A stretch of DNA of 64,000 bases from an uncultured Christensenella sp. (GTDB lineage Bacteria; Bacillota; Clostridia; Christensenellales; DTU072). Position 1 is the stretch's first letter. Each line of letters opens with the position of its first letter. Shown piece by piece: positions 25,901-33,586 of this stretch. Under the pieces are notes generated by a model, which saw only the letters and a list, made by a program, of their open reading frames with translations, had not been told where the DNA came from and did not search any database. A program made the position numbers and the translations under genes. The stretch covers positions 95,944 to 159,943 of the forward strand of contig CAYQKV010000004.1 in the NCBI GenBank assembly GCA_964418255.1, read 5' to 3'.

Positions 25901-28820
25901 AACCGAGCAGTTCCACGGTAGGCGCGGTTTTGTCCATACGCGTGGTAATGCTAATCGTTGAAGACGCGCTTTTCGCGTTGCTGTCAAACCTGAACGTGTA
26001 GTCGGTTTGTCCCATATCGGTAAGGTCAATCGTCGTAGTGAACTTTGCTCCTCTCGAATACGACGTTTTTCCCGTAGTGCTTACGCTGACGGCTTCTCCC
26101 GAACCCGCCGCGGCAGAACCGCTGAAATTATAGTCGCTTCCCGTCGAGGAAGTATAAGCCGTCTGGGAATACGGAGACTTGCCGACGTTCGCGTTTCCTT
26201 TCTGAACGTACAGTTTTCCGCCGCTGCATCCGTAGTATACGTCTACGGTAACCGTCTGTTTCGTCGTGTTCTCCCACGGGAACGTATATGCAAGGGAAGT
26301 TCCGCTAAGGCTTCTCGTAGAAGCGATTACCTTTCCCGCGGAATTCTTTATGACAATCTGCGGAGTAAACGTGTCGCGTTTAACGCCCGCGGCAGTGGTT
26401 ATGCCGGGATAAATATAAACGCCGCTTTGCGTAAAGCCCGTTCCTTTAACCGCGTTTCCCCAGTCATTGCCGTAAGACGCTCCGCTTCCCGGAGTGGCGT
26501 AACCGTCCGAACGGTTGCCGACGTAGTCTTCCGCCACTATGTACAGAGTGCCGCCGAACAACGAGGACGCAGTGTCGTATGTAATCGTCACGGACGCAGA
26601 AAGCACCGACGTGTTTCCCGGGTCGGAAGTAACGGTCTTTACGTTGGAATTCGTTCCGTCGATGTTTATAGGTTTGGTTCTCGTCGAGTCTGCGTAGAAA
26701 TACAGACGTTTGATGCCCGAGCCGTTATTGAACCTTTTACCCGAATTACCGAAATATCCGTTCTCGCTGTACTGGAAATCTTTCGCCCCTACCGTGACGG
26801 TCAAATCTTGAGAAATAAAAGACGACATCTGCGAATTGTTCGCGCCCTCGCCGAACCTGAACCAAGCTATCTGCGGCGCAACGGTATCCAGTCGTCCCGA
26901 CACCGTAGGCTTTCTCGACATACAATCCATCGTCGTGGAGTTTCCCGCCTTGTCGGTAACCGTGATGCTCATCGCGGTCATAGCGTTATAATCGTATTTG
27001 AGTTTATTGAAAGTACAGGTTTTGGTATATGCTGCGTTTCCCGACTTCGTTATATCATTCGTGGATACGCTCTTCGCTATGCCGTTCACCGTATAATTTA
27101 TGGTGCACGTATTGATTGCCGCGTTGTCTCTGTACGACGTGCCGACCGCATAGTCGTCCGCCGTGAACGTGACTACGAGGTTGTCGTTCGTCCAGGCTAC
27201 GCCGCCTATCGTCGCGTCGGTAGTGGACGCGGTTATTTTTACGTTGCTTACGGTAGGCGCGGTTCTGTCCCACCAGTAAAAACTATAACTTTTTTCACCG
27301 CTATACACGGAAGTTTTATTTGCGTGGTCGGTAAGCGTTATACTCCAGGTGCCGTTGGCTTTCGAGCCATCAATCGAGTACCATTTTTCCTTAGCTCCTC
27401 CGCCCAGTCCGTTACCGGTGGCGCACGCAAGGTTTCCATCCCCTAACGTAGCGTTATTTCTGCTGTTTTTAGCGGAAATACTTTTCAAACCCGAAGGGTA
27501 GCCGTTGCCGCCGCCGTCCTGGAATTTGACGTAAAGATACAGCGTCGCCGCATTTGTAAGGGAAGTTAACTTAGTCCTGCTACTACTACTCGAAACGAAA
27601 TACATATCGAGCAACGTCGGCACGCCGTTGTCGATTTTTAATTCTTGCGCGGAAATCGTGCCCGTATTCGACGTGTTCGCCCAGGTATACGCCGAGACCG
27701 AGACCGAACTGTAAGAATTACTTGCTGTCGTAATAGTGGTGGATTGCGTTGCCGAATTCCAGCTCGCCGGGTTCGACACGTTGCTTGTTGCCGTAGCCGA
27801 ATCTCTATACGCCACCGTCGCATATCTCGGATGCGCCTCAGTGGAAGCAATCCTTACGCTGACTTTTCTATATTCGTTCCAACCCGGTATGGTAGTGCTG
27901 TTCGATATCGACGGCTTAGCCGTAATGGTATGTTTCAGTTTTACACTGCAATTATATATCGACGACTGACTGGTAAACGTGTCGTTTTTCCCGCCGCCGG
28001 CGTTTCCGTCGCGCTTTACATAAAAAACGGCGTACTTTCGATTGCCGCTCGATATAGCGGTGTTGTAGTTATGCGATTTACTCTGAGAAAAGCCTCTGTA
28101 GTGAGCTCTGACGGTGCCGTTTCCGCCTACGTCGCTATACAGCGACATCTGAATAGACCCCGCGGTCGTCCCCGCAAGGTTATACCAGGTTCCCGTCCCG
28201 ATACTGAAAGCCCACGTCGCTTCGCTGGAAGAATATCCGCCGCTTCCCGCCTTGCCGCCGCTTCCCGACGCCGAACCGCCCGTTACCAGCGTGTACCACT
28301 GATTAGCGGACAATATGTCTTCTCCAGTATACGCCGCATACGCCGCGTTTTTCGACTTTTCGTACGCTTTGTTCATAAGGTCGTCCGCCGATGCTGGCGC
28401 CGTGCCGAAGACGTCGTCGAGTTCGATTTCTTCCATCGAAAAACCGATTTCGTTTCCGTCGATAACGGAGACCGTGCCGTCGTCTTTGGTGACGGTAAGC
28501 ATATTGCTTGCGTCCTGTTTAATGTCTATCGCGCCGTAAAGCGGGCAATCTTCGCCGAGGGCGTATTCTTCGCCAGAAAGATACTCGGTATTTCCGTTTT
28601 CGTCAAACGTACAGACAGTCGGAGTTCCTTCGTTTTCCGCCGTTTTCACTCCGCCTGCGGAGAGGTCGCCGACCTGCTCTTTCCCGACCGTAAACCCTAT
28701 GATTGCGAATACCGCCAGAAAGACGATTAGCGCGAGGATATATACGTCTTTGCGTATTCTTCCGGTTGCTGCCTTTTCGGTTTTTACAACGCCGTTCTCA
28801 TTTTCGTTACGGTTCAACAT
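16902..28820 (-). CDS. Giant membrane-anchored surface protein (3972 aa) with many Ig-like modules and a C-terminal GLUG-type beta-helix repeat region
   Basis: An N-terminal signal-anchor is present (VYILALIVFLAVFAIIGFTV). At least eight module starts have the form D-x-x-x-P-x-[IV]: DRTAPTV, DTVAPQI, DKTAPTV, DNTRPLI, DSQAPVI, DIVAPVI, DKGTPDV, DNTTPIV. The last ~1100 aa are rich in GLUG-like repeats (YGLFEGISGTVRNVRV, FGLFGQLNGTVANIAF, GGVVGSARGTTINDV, GGIAAETDG). I saw no LPXTG or SLH motif. Confidence 0.85.
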   Translation of the reverse strand: MLNRNENENGVVKTEKAATGRIRKDVYILALIVFLAVFAIIGFTVGKEQVGDLSAGGVKTAENEGTPTVCTFDENGNTEYLSGEEYALGEDCPLYGAIDIKQDASNMLTVTKDDGTVSVIDGNEIGFSMEEIELDDVFGTAPASADDLMNKAYEKSKNAAYAAYTGEDILSANQWYTLVTGGSASGSGGKAGSGGYSSSEATWAFSIGTGTWYNLAGTTAGSIQMSLYSDVGGNGTVRAHYRGFSQSKSHNYNTAISSGNRKYAVFYVKRDGNAGGGKNDTFTSQSSIYNCSVKLKHTITAKPSISNSTTIPGWNEYRKVSVRIASTEAHPRYATVAYRDSATATSNVSNPASWNSATQSTTITTASNSYSSVSVSAYTWANTSNTGTISAQELKIDNGVPTLLDMYFVSSSSSRTKLTSLTNAATLYLYVKFQDGGGNGYPSGLKSISAKNSRNNATLGDGNLACATGNGLGGGAKEKWYSIDGSKANGTWSITLTDHANKTSVYSGEKSYSFYWWDRTAPTVSNVKITASTTDATIGGVAWTNDNLVVTFTADDYAVGTSYRDNAAINTCTINYTVNGIAKSVSTNDITKSGNAAYTKTCTFNKLKYDYNAMTAMSITVTDKAGNSTTMDCMSRKPTVSGRLDTVAPQIAWFRFGEGANNSQMSSFISQDLTVTVGAKDFQYSENGYFGNSGKRFNNGSGIKRLYFYADSTRTKPINIDGTNSNVKTVTSDPGNTSVLSASVTITYDTASSLFGGTLYIVAEDYVGNRSDGYATPGSGASYGNDWGNAVKGTGFTQSGVYIYPGITTAAGVKRDTFTPQIVIKNSAGKVIASTRSLSGTSLAYTFPWENTTKQTVTVDVYYGCSGGKLYVQKGNANVGKSPYSQTAYTSSTGSDYNFSGSAAAGSGEAVSVSTTGKTSYSRGAKFTTTIDLTDMGQTDYTFRFDSNAKSASSTISITTRMDKTAPTVELLGFSSSPFSSASMKSHLISQDLLLDSTKWIYPNSSDPGRGLYAVFKVTDTQSGVLWAQDGVLQNGSIKYGVNGTSLTQNTSSYAKAYENIDNTLVSGAAYSNYGFRMEFKYTDNAGNTYSYEKTGYAYEVSEIGNVVQVQMFSTDEMKKYLPEDQYNKIHNDDNTWNVSANTYLRYKVGVSDFIGNIGYATLTETKRPNNNLGLPVGSNVAEWGERVLRYYVDPFETSISSVNFYQAKNSNWDDGFIYTESPTSIGKPYSMTNSLYTGWANNYVFAEVKVTSGLSPFTVDYRYQDMTNNYNKDGIATNGQSYDGLKDGDASAGGYVIYDDKTAWVVFSNSTKNIQVAIRAISIAWDYDKNKWIFEAQSGELRPAPDDGRFYIKQDNTRPLIESVFLSLSNEYSTANTERLLTFDANFEKENYTFALNKELSPAYVASRDYIFTAEKVYVYIQVTDKIGSLMGSGIESVSFDGKSCSYVTKVGTSDIYKTLNTYSYDSIDVKHDKNDNEKPYDFSIVVIDKQANDSAATYGPNDVNGYRVLPVLDAFNPYISLKTTNETGYLEFSGETDSYDGGEVNQVYRFKGTSIKNNLFNATLSFRVGISGLTVYMRRTSYDASERLEALTYFRAGNFLNAYGADDFLNDGWGYYDGEQWIEYGAGSPYVRVYGESANTSAVQSGEITLNFHLTSVKERIEVIAISGTGKYYVIELGPLFIDSQAPVIHSGMTVFSVESEADTLDNGEVDYNALQKIWTNVALQQYTNGSVYIYYFITDPASGIDDNKVLRGNTELLEKVTLKNVPVWTYDGKLTTVRLLEGETPSADSLGVDGKGMLLINGFEAYALDGKNARISYNASGKVGAGVADIECYRLRITSRTEVTVTASDVAGNGPTNSTPYNISIDTTDVRVTLTARTDESDVLYQGYTGEKYTNKDVQLRWQGDYGASGFGGFDYTVTDMLNGNSTTHYHIATPQFNNVGGNIAMTYVEYATGERKTISLSRGWTEGFTVRAQYFVGVYNWVVGGTNTGIRVNADYYADGDINNLVSVIWEVRSSYTYAYINVLRNNGNRYDKYTVTSFNTVTDDYATGGVRPSKTASFDVKIDIVAPVIDDSSGNIPELSATDRWHYLAKSLRVSIEDDLSGLEKTSQQISENDFIENVKVECVLASGNVIEGNLVLDEDGLYRAYNVVKKEMYFERAGLFYIENYAEYTIIATDEAGNVATYSFTPQIDADETTIESVTLFKADGTSYSYQQSAISVGWVNDIASNKVNWADDFVYALITVKYGRSGFILQYREATKDSALDGAGRWNTISSSAYTFEGEPQEVSESVMRATVRYEIGKSSDYTYSYFRFRAISNAQDTELNYYKSYTNSARNRGTESADSSYMSIELETYEAADVKYAGQSGRATANLGATVKTGLVAIDKGTPDVGISLVKADGYTSSGTKNFVPYGTKTEDGFAYGIADGEWSKEEVVMTLALDSDSRFASGNVIFYRSSIDGKTWSGWTLVNPNGGSLYTLGSDGVWRVSGTATGISLNNGSGGSSRRHDNDETTIMSYFASMLDYTISDSRNNVLYEFYAESGAGKKSEVCRFGTVDGAAVHGIKIDMNKGEVQSAAAATFAMFDDDASQETLAAEYNRQFASNGYVTGELASYTKRNTVIVRLQIQKVGYSGLRINLTQNGTVTVLDTITYDRFISEGGSVVYRYYRVTGNGETVQKLQLESIAGKLSDELPVYVRIDNTTPIVYVSEINGTKATNWGWTDRNLYTSDAEYWYTSEVAVSFGVGVIEDNAYDGQSSYSGYTLEYSVNGNGVWIPLNENRFVIDGINVVNGNSYSFRITSGAGMSYRLGGEIRDNQDRLSYNAENLNSEISEADGITPITAHVVGNGTGDYDNGSYEFRFSVDSNDYYYDYFGRVDLGITVAGSRGYDTRTGEFADYVTGVYDKDGNYAVTSSTSFKRGDVMRLTYFAKYDGRSAGANHNYFQNVTVSTAGERGYFYNVTGDILGQIRESDLIDYNAAYGIPPQADGETLEKTGYVQVQFEGSNIVIVSYFIAEVDVTYGKDKFYLQTENGEYKTTGNATYRYADGANERTREIELGYAYYGYFDRTETEPEELGAYYVMTSVNAGTGSFRVTTDTERKDFILKYFAMDDEEDNLFDVFDARDFGYIDADYYNLNADGTVDETKRSYLDSDYKLNADITVAKGLTGTYRGAFDGDGRCITELGGTVSGDYGLFEGISGTVRNVRVTTDRTLIVSATEEVEIGLLARRVLAGGTVENVAVIADVELHNFPKGSKFGGVAAYSEGGNFGGESALFTDVRVTNNGRAMDGAYVGAVVGYMRNGTRFNGVYAFGEIEIYNSTAVAAGMLYGGAGKGTYSVSAVSYFENNVFVNSDTVSGVSNVTDEIVLSGTYSGDDYQSFVVFGTSPVVGGIAIDYAILSRLYSDFGYEYDENETYGIGTPDRPLEISEYSQILAINGYMNLDFVFALGTDEIDMSGYECTIAVTKVFNGTLAAKQPSSGTRYVKLANFAGDTAVYNKSSFGLFGQLNGTVANIAFTDIAIDFDYVGEETLTAGIIAAKAYENAVIRNVLLIGTETIRTEGKASVGGVVGSARGTTINDVFSINNIAVTASKVTLGGIAAETDGITLPDSAGTIFMLGRTEAYGASVTVGAAIGAVADGSVVNGGAKVFAIKDNVYAGENLLSEKPVGSSNVTYGIQTVAFSYDPMRTASFASSTGSVFNLVFGSFYPIAGDGSSITPFVIESEKDFGYINLALYAEYRIDKDITFTDFRTIGQGLVFSGVIKGSTGDDISAEGGRIIGLMNVTAPLVYHNSGKINDLSVNVEYSATVGAGETFRYGAIAIISDGEIKNVTVAGNVSIVSATQDNEIYASGFVAESRGGVVDADMSKLQNSISALNITVSGGGTAYIGGYAAIVTIGEPKFSYGIATGTITVSGTRKTYAGLLVGMSHGNCQWVLGEAASIDYTYSITVNGTEIPKYDEEGEPLTENFCGLIFE

Positions 28821-29022
28821 AAGTCGCGTCTCCTTTCGGGAAAGATTTATTTCGTTCGGGTGTTATACACGCGTAATCGCACACGCGTAGGAGCATATAA
28901 AAACCCCTACCCATATTATTCTATGATAATAATACCTTATATCGCCCTTATTTGTCAATACCGAACTTTTCGAATTTTAGGGAAAATTAAGAAAACTTAA
29001 AAATAAAATTTCCTTATATCGG

Positions 29023-29056
29023 AAAAAACCGTCGGGGTCTCTTCCGACGGTTTCAT
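29023..29056 (-). terminator. Intrinsic terminator after rsmA
   Basis: Stem aaccgtcgg (29027-29035) / ccgacggtt (29044-29052). A U-tract follows on the minus strand, from the A6 run at 29023-29028. Confidence 0.8.
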
Positions 29057-29085
29057 TTTTATAATCATACAAACGCAGGCTTATT

Positions 29086-29916
29086 TTATTTCCTTAAAAA
29101 CTTCGTTATCCCGTCCGAAAGCCGAACGAAGTCGTCCACGGAGAGAACCTCTCCTCTTACGTTTACTCCGAAGCCCGCTTTTTCTATGATTTCCTGCGCT
29201 TCGGGTTTAGTCACGGGAAATGCGGAAACGAGGTTGTTTGCCAGCGTTTTTCTTCTCATCGCAAACGCGGCTTTTACCGTTTTTTTGAAAATTTTATAAT
29301 CATCGAATTTATACTTATTTCTGTCGAAATCTATCTTTACAAGCGCGCTGTCGACGTTGGGCACGGGATAAAAAATCCGTCTGTCTATCGTCCTCGTTAT
29401 TTTTACCGCCGCTATCGCGTTAATCGCTACGGTAATCGCTCCGTACTCCGCCGTTCCCTCTTTTGCGGTAAGTCTCTCGGCTACTTCCTTTTGCATCATA
29501 AGGGTCATATCGCTTATTTTTAGGCCGCTTTCGGCAAACCTCATTATCATAGGCGTAGTGACGTAATACGGCAAATTGGCTACCACCTTAAACGGTTCGG
29601 GAACCTTTTTTCTCATTTCTTCGTCGGAAAGTTTCAATACGTCCGCGAAGTGAACCGATACGTTCGGGTATTCTTTCGTCACCTTGTCGAGGGCGCTTTT
29701 CAAGTCCTCGTCCACTTCGAAAGACTCTACTTCTTTTGCTTTTTTCGCGAGCGCTCTCGTGAGCGTGCCCGCGCCCGCTCCTATTTCCAGGACGGTATCT
29801 TCTTCCGTTACCGCCGCGTCGGAGACGACGGCGTTAAGTAAATTCACGTCCGTAATAAAGTTCTGCCCGAGGCTTTTTTTGAAGCGGAAGTCGCCCACAA
29901 GTTCTTTAATATCCAT
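29086..29916 (-). CDS. rsmA: 16S rRNA (adenine1518/1519-N6)-dimethyltransferase
   Basis: The sequence LGQNFITD...VLEIGAGAGTLT...ANLPYYVTTP matches the KsgA/RsmA signature. Confidence 0.9.
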   Translation of the reverse strand: MDIKELVGDFRFKKSLGQNFITDVNLLNAVVSDAAVTEEDTVLEIGAGAGTLTRALAKKAKEVESFEVDEDLKSALDKVTKEYPNVSVHFADVLKLSDEEMRKKVPEPFKVVANLPYYVTTPMIMRFAESGLKISDMTLMMQKEVAERLTAKEGTAEYGAITVAINAIAAVKITRTIDRRIFYPVPNVDSALVKIDFDRNKYKFDDYKIFKKTVKAAFAMRRKTLANNLVSAFPVTKPEAQEIIEKAGFGVNVRGEVLSVDDFVRLSDGITKFLRK

Positions 29917-30043
29917 TATTTTCCTCTGATATTTACCGATAAACTGCGTTATACTTTTTATGTACGAAAGATAAAAACCTTACAATACAAAAGATAAAAC
30001 GGCTTTTATTTTTCGCAGTCCGCTTAAAATATGCGGGCTGTTT

Positions 30044-30625
30044 TTATTTTATCAATTCTCTCACTCTGAGCGGAATTCCTTGTTCACTCGCGACTTTTTT
30101 TGCCGCTTCCACGTCGAAGCCGGGGGTATTTACCACGGAAAATTTTACCTTTATTCCGCTTTCCTTACATTCTTTTGCGAACCGCAACATACTGTAATAC
30201 CCTTCTTCGCCGTACTTGCACCTGCAAATTCTGTTATACTCTTTCGCGTTTGCCGCGTTCAACGAGACGCTCACTTCGTCGACTTTTCCTTTCAGTCGTT
30301 CGCTCACGCCTTTTCCGACGATTAAATCCGCCTGTCCGTTGGTGTTCAATCTTACGGTTTTTCCCTGTCCTTTAAGGTAATCCGCCACCTCGATAAGGGT
30401 ATCCAACGCGCAGAGGGGTTCTCCGTAACCGCAGAAGACGTATTCCCTCCCGTTGTCGTGGTTTTCGAGTTCTTCTATTACTTCCTTTGCGGTGGGTTCT
30501 TTTTTCAGCCACAAATCGAATTCTTCGTATCTGTCGCTGGTCGTTCTTACGCAGAACTCGCAGTTATTACTGCATTTGTTGGTTAAATTTATATAAACCG
30601 CTCCGTCTATTTCGTAAACAATCAT
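30044..30625 (-). CDS. Radical SAM protein of the TatD-associated type
   Basis: A CxxxCxxC cluster (CSNNCEFC) lies near the N-terminus. The protein is 193 aa and overlaps the upstream tatD gene by 4 nt. Confidence 0.75.
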   Translation of the reverse strand: MIVYEIDGAVYINLTNKCSNNCEFCVRTTSDRYEEFDLWLKKEPTAKEVIEELENHDNGREYVFCGYGEPLCALDTLIEVADYLKGQGKTVRLNTNGQADLIVGKGVSERLKGKVDEVSVSLNAANAKEYNRICRCKYGEEGYYSMLRFAKECKESGIKVKFSVVNTPGFDVEAAKKVASEQGIPLRVRELIK

Positions 30626-31401
30626 ATTTTGATTTTCTTAAACAGTCTAAGGGTGTTAGCCTGAATAATATCCTCCGTTTCTTTTTCCGTTTTCCCTATA
30701 ATTTCCCCTATTTTTCTTGCGGTAAACCTTATAAACGACGGTTCGTTTCTCTTTCCTCTCATCGGTTCGGGCGACATATACGGGCAATCGGTTTCCAGAA
30801 TTATTCTGTCAATCGGCGTAGCCCTCACTATATCGGGTTTGTCCTTTGCGTTTGCGAACGTCACCGCTCCTCCGTAGGAAAAGTACGCGCCGAGTTTTGC
30901 GTATTCCTTAACAAGCTCTTTGCTTCCGCTGTAACAATGCACGAGCAAACCGTTTTTAATCAGTTCTTTATTCTCGTTAAGTAATTTTACCGCGTCGCCG
31001 TGGGCGTCTCTTATATGCAACACCACGGGCGCGCCGATTTCATAAGCAAGTCGCATTTGCCTAATCATCGCCCTTTTCTGCGTTTCCCTATCCGGGTTGT
31101 TTTCGTAGTGATAGTCAAGTCCGATTTCCCCGATTGCCGCGCATTTAACGTCTTCCCACATTTCCTTAAATCGGTCTACGTCTTCGTCGGTCAATTTGTC
31201 GGCGTATTCGGGGTGCACGCCCACCGCGCAATAAATACCCTTATATTTTTGCGCTCGCAGAAAGCAGTCTTCGCTCGTCGGTCTGTCCGCGCCCGTGTCG
31301 ACGATGATTTTCGGTTCGGAATTTTCCGTCTTCGACGCTATTTCTTCCGCGCATTCCTTAAACCGTTCGTCGGACAAATGCGCGTGCGCGTCAATCAGCA
31401 T
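30622..31401 (-). CDS. TatD-family metal-dependent hydrolase/DNase
   Basis: The family motifs MLIDAHAHL...GEIGLDYHY...VLHIRDAH...ETDCPYM are present. Confidence 0.9.
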   Translation of the reverse strand: MLIDAHAHLSDERFKECAEEIASKTENSEPKIIVDTGADRPTSEDCFLRAQKYKGIYCAVGVHPEYADKLTDEDVDRFKEMWEDVKCAAIGEIGLDYHYENNPDRETQKRAMIRQMRLAYEIGAPVVLHIRDAHGDAVKLLNENKELIKNGLLVHCYSGSKELVKEYAKLGAYFSYGGAVTFANAKDKPDIVRATPIDRIILETDCPYMSPEPMRGKRNEPSFIRFTARKIGEIIGKTEKETEDIIQANTLRLFKKIKI

Positions 31402-33380
31402 ACGGTCGCTCCGCCGCCCGCGGGTTTAGTCGGCGCGACGCTTATTACTTCGCCGTTTTCGTTTTCCGCAAACAGTATCATTCCTTCGCTGAGCACGCCG
31501 CCCAGCGTTACGGGTTTCAGATTTGCCACTACGACCACTTCTTTACCCACCATTTCTTCGGGCGTATAGAATTTCGCCACGCCGCTTACGATGCTTCTCG
31601 TTCTTTCTCCGGTATCCACGGTAAAGTGAAGGAGTTTTTTGCTTCCCTCCACTTTTTCCGCGGTGAGGATTTTACCGACTTTCAATTCGATTTTCGAAAA
31701 GTCGTCTATGGTAATTTCTTCGTAAGACGCCGCGCCGTGTTTTTTGGCCGGTTGTTTCGCCTTATCCTGCTTTTCGTCGGTTTTCTTTTCGTTTTTCTCC
31801 GCGGGTTTTGTTTCTCCGCCCGCGAGTTTTTCCAGTTCGGCGCATTCCTTGTTTACGTCGATTCTCTTATACAACGCGGCGCCTTTGACGATTTTCGTCC
31901 CTTCTTCGAGAATTCCGTACGCGAGGTTTTCTCCGAACTCTTCGGGTTTTTCCACGGACAAATCTCCGAGCACTCTCGCCGCGGTTTCGGGCAGGAACGG
32001 CATAAGCGCGATACCCGCCACCCTGAGCGTTTCCGCGAGGTGGTACATTACCGATTTAAGTTCCTCGCGTTTTTCCTCGTTTTTAGCGAGCAACCACGGG
32101 GTGGTTTCGTCGATATATTTATTCGCTCTTCCTATGAGTTCGAAAATATCTTCGAGGGCTTCGGGAATGAGCAACGCGTCGATATGCGCGGTCATTTTGT
32201 CTTTAAGTCCGTTCATCAAATCTTCGAGTTCTTTGTCATACGGCGTTTTTACGTCGGTTTTCGGCAAAGCCCCTCCGAAATACTGATTTACCATTGCTGT
32301 CGAGCGGCTCAATAAATTTCCCAGCGAATTACATAAATCCGCGTTTATTCTGCTTAAAAACGCGAGGTTTCCGAACATTCCGTCCGAGCCGAACGGCACT
32401 TCGCGAAGCAAGTAATACCTTACCGCATCCACGCCGTATCTGTCGCTTAAAACGACAGGGTCGACGACGTTTCCTTTCGATTTGCTTATTTTGTCGCTTC
32501 CGAGAAGCAACCAGCCGTGCCCGTATACTTTTTTGGGAAGGGGCAAATCGAGCGCCATTAAAATCGCGGGCCATATTATCGAATGGAACCTTACGATTTC
32601 CTTACCCATCATATGAATATCGGCGGGCCAGTATTTTTCGAACAGGCTTTCGTCGTCCGAGCCGTAGCCGAGCGCGGTTATATAGTTTGTGAGCGCGTCC
32701 AGCCACACGTATACGACGTGTTCGTTATCGAACGGCACGGGGATACCCCACTTAAAGGAAGTTCTCGACACCGCGAGGTCTTGAAGTCCCGCGCGAAGGA
32801 AGTTATTGAGCATTTCGTTTCTTCTCGATTTCGGTTGGAGAAACTCGGGGTCGTTTTCGATTAAGTCGATGAGTCTGTCTTTATATTTACTCATTCTGAA
32901 AAAGTAACTGCTTTCTTTCGTCAGTTCGACTTCTCTTCCGCAATCGGGGCATTTTCCGTCTTTGAGCTGAGTTTTCGTCCAGAAACTTTCGCACGGGGTG
33001 CAATACCAACCCTCGTACTCGCTCTTATAAATATCGCCTTTTTCGTATAATTTCGTGAAAATTTTCTGCACGGCTTTTTCGTGATAATCGTCGGTCGTGC
33101 GGATAAATTTATCGTAGCTTATATCGAGTTTTTTCCATAAACTTTTAAGGGTGTCCACTTGTCTGTCGACGAACTCTTTCGTCGGCACGCCGTGTTCCGC
33201 CGCTACTTTTTCGATTTTCTGTCCGTGTTCGTCCGTCCCCGTAAGGTAAAAAACGTCGAACCCCGACATTCTCTTAAACCGCGCTATCGCGTCGCATACG
33301 ACCGTCGTATAGCACGTGCCTATATGCCATTTTCCGCTCGGGTAATAAATGGGAGTGGTTATATAAAATTTTTCCTTCAT
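31395..33380 (-). CDS. metG: Methionine--tRNA ligase with a C-terminal tRNA-binding (EMAP/Trbp111-like) domain
   Basis: A HIGH-type motif (YYPSGKWHIGT), a Zn knuckle (CTPCES...CPDCG) and KMSKS (KISKSKGN) are present. The C-terminal OB-fold region reads IELKVGKILTAEKVEGSKKL. The start is placed at the ATG at 33380, 9 nt after GAGGAG. Confidence 0.9.
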   Translation of the reverse strand: MKEKFYITTPIYYPSGKWHIGTCYTTVVCDAIARFKRMSGFDVFYLTGTDEHGQKIEKVAAEHGVPTKEFVDRQVDTLKSLWKKLDISYDKFIRTTDDYHEKAVQKIFTKLYEKGDIYKSEYEGWYCTPCESFWTKTQLKDGKCPDCGREVELTKESSYFFRMSKYKDRLIDLIENDPEFLQPKSRRNEMLNNFLRAGLQDLAVSRTSFKWGIPVPFDNEHVVYVWLDALTNYITALGYGSDDESLFEKYWPADIHMMGKEIVRFHSIIWPAILMALDLPLPKKVYGHGWLLLGSDKISKSKGNVVDPVVLSDRYGVDAVRYYLLREVPFGSDGMFGNLAFLSRINADLCNSLGNLLSRSTAMVNQYFGGALPKTDVKTPYDKELEDLMNGLKDKMTAHIDALLIPEALEDIFELIGRANKYIDETTPWLLAKNEEKREELKSVMYHLAETLRVAGIALMPFLPETAARVLGDLSVEKPEEFGENLAYGILEEGTKIVKGAALYKRIDVNKECAELEKLAGGETKPAEKNEKKTDEKQDKAKQPAKKHGAASYEEITIDDFSKIELKVGKILTAEKVEGSKKLLHFTVDTGERTRSIVSGVAKFYTPEEMVGKEVVVVANLKPVTLGGVLSEGMILFAENENGEVISVAPTKPAGGGATVC

Positions 33381-33413
33381 CTCGGTCATCTCCTCTTTTA
33401 TATCTAAATACAA

Positions 33414-33442
33414 ATTATAACTTGTTTAAGTCTTTTTGTAAA
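33414..33442 (-). promoter_or_regulatory. Candidate metG promoter
   Basis: On the minus strand: TTTACA (33437-33442), 17-nt spacer, TATAAT (33414-33419). Confidence 0.5.
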
Positions 33443-33586
33443 ACGATTTTCGCAAAGTAAAGCCGCGTTTCGTATAAAACCTCTGTCATTCGGGAAAAAC
33501 AAATATGAACGAAATCGCGCGGAAAAGGAATACCTATGTATTAGGAAGAAAACCGCCGCGGCGGTCGGAGGAGTTTCGGAGGAGTT

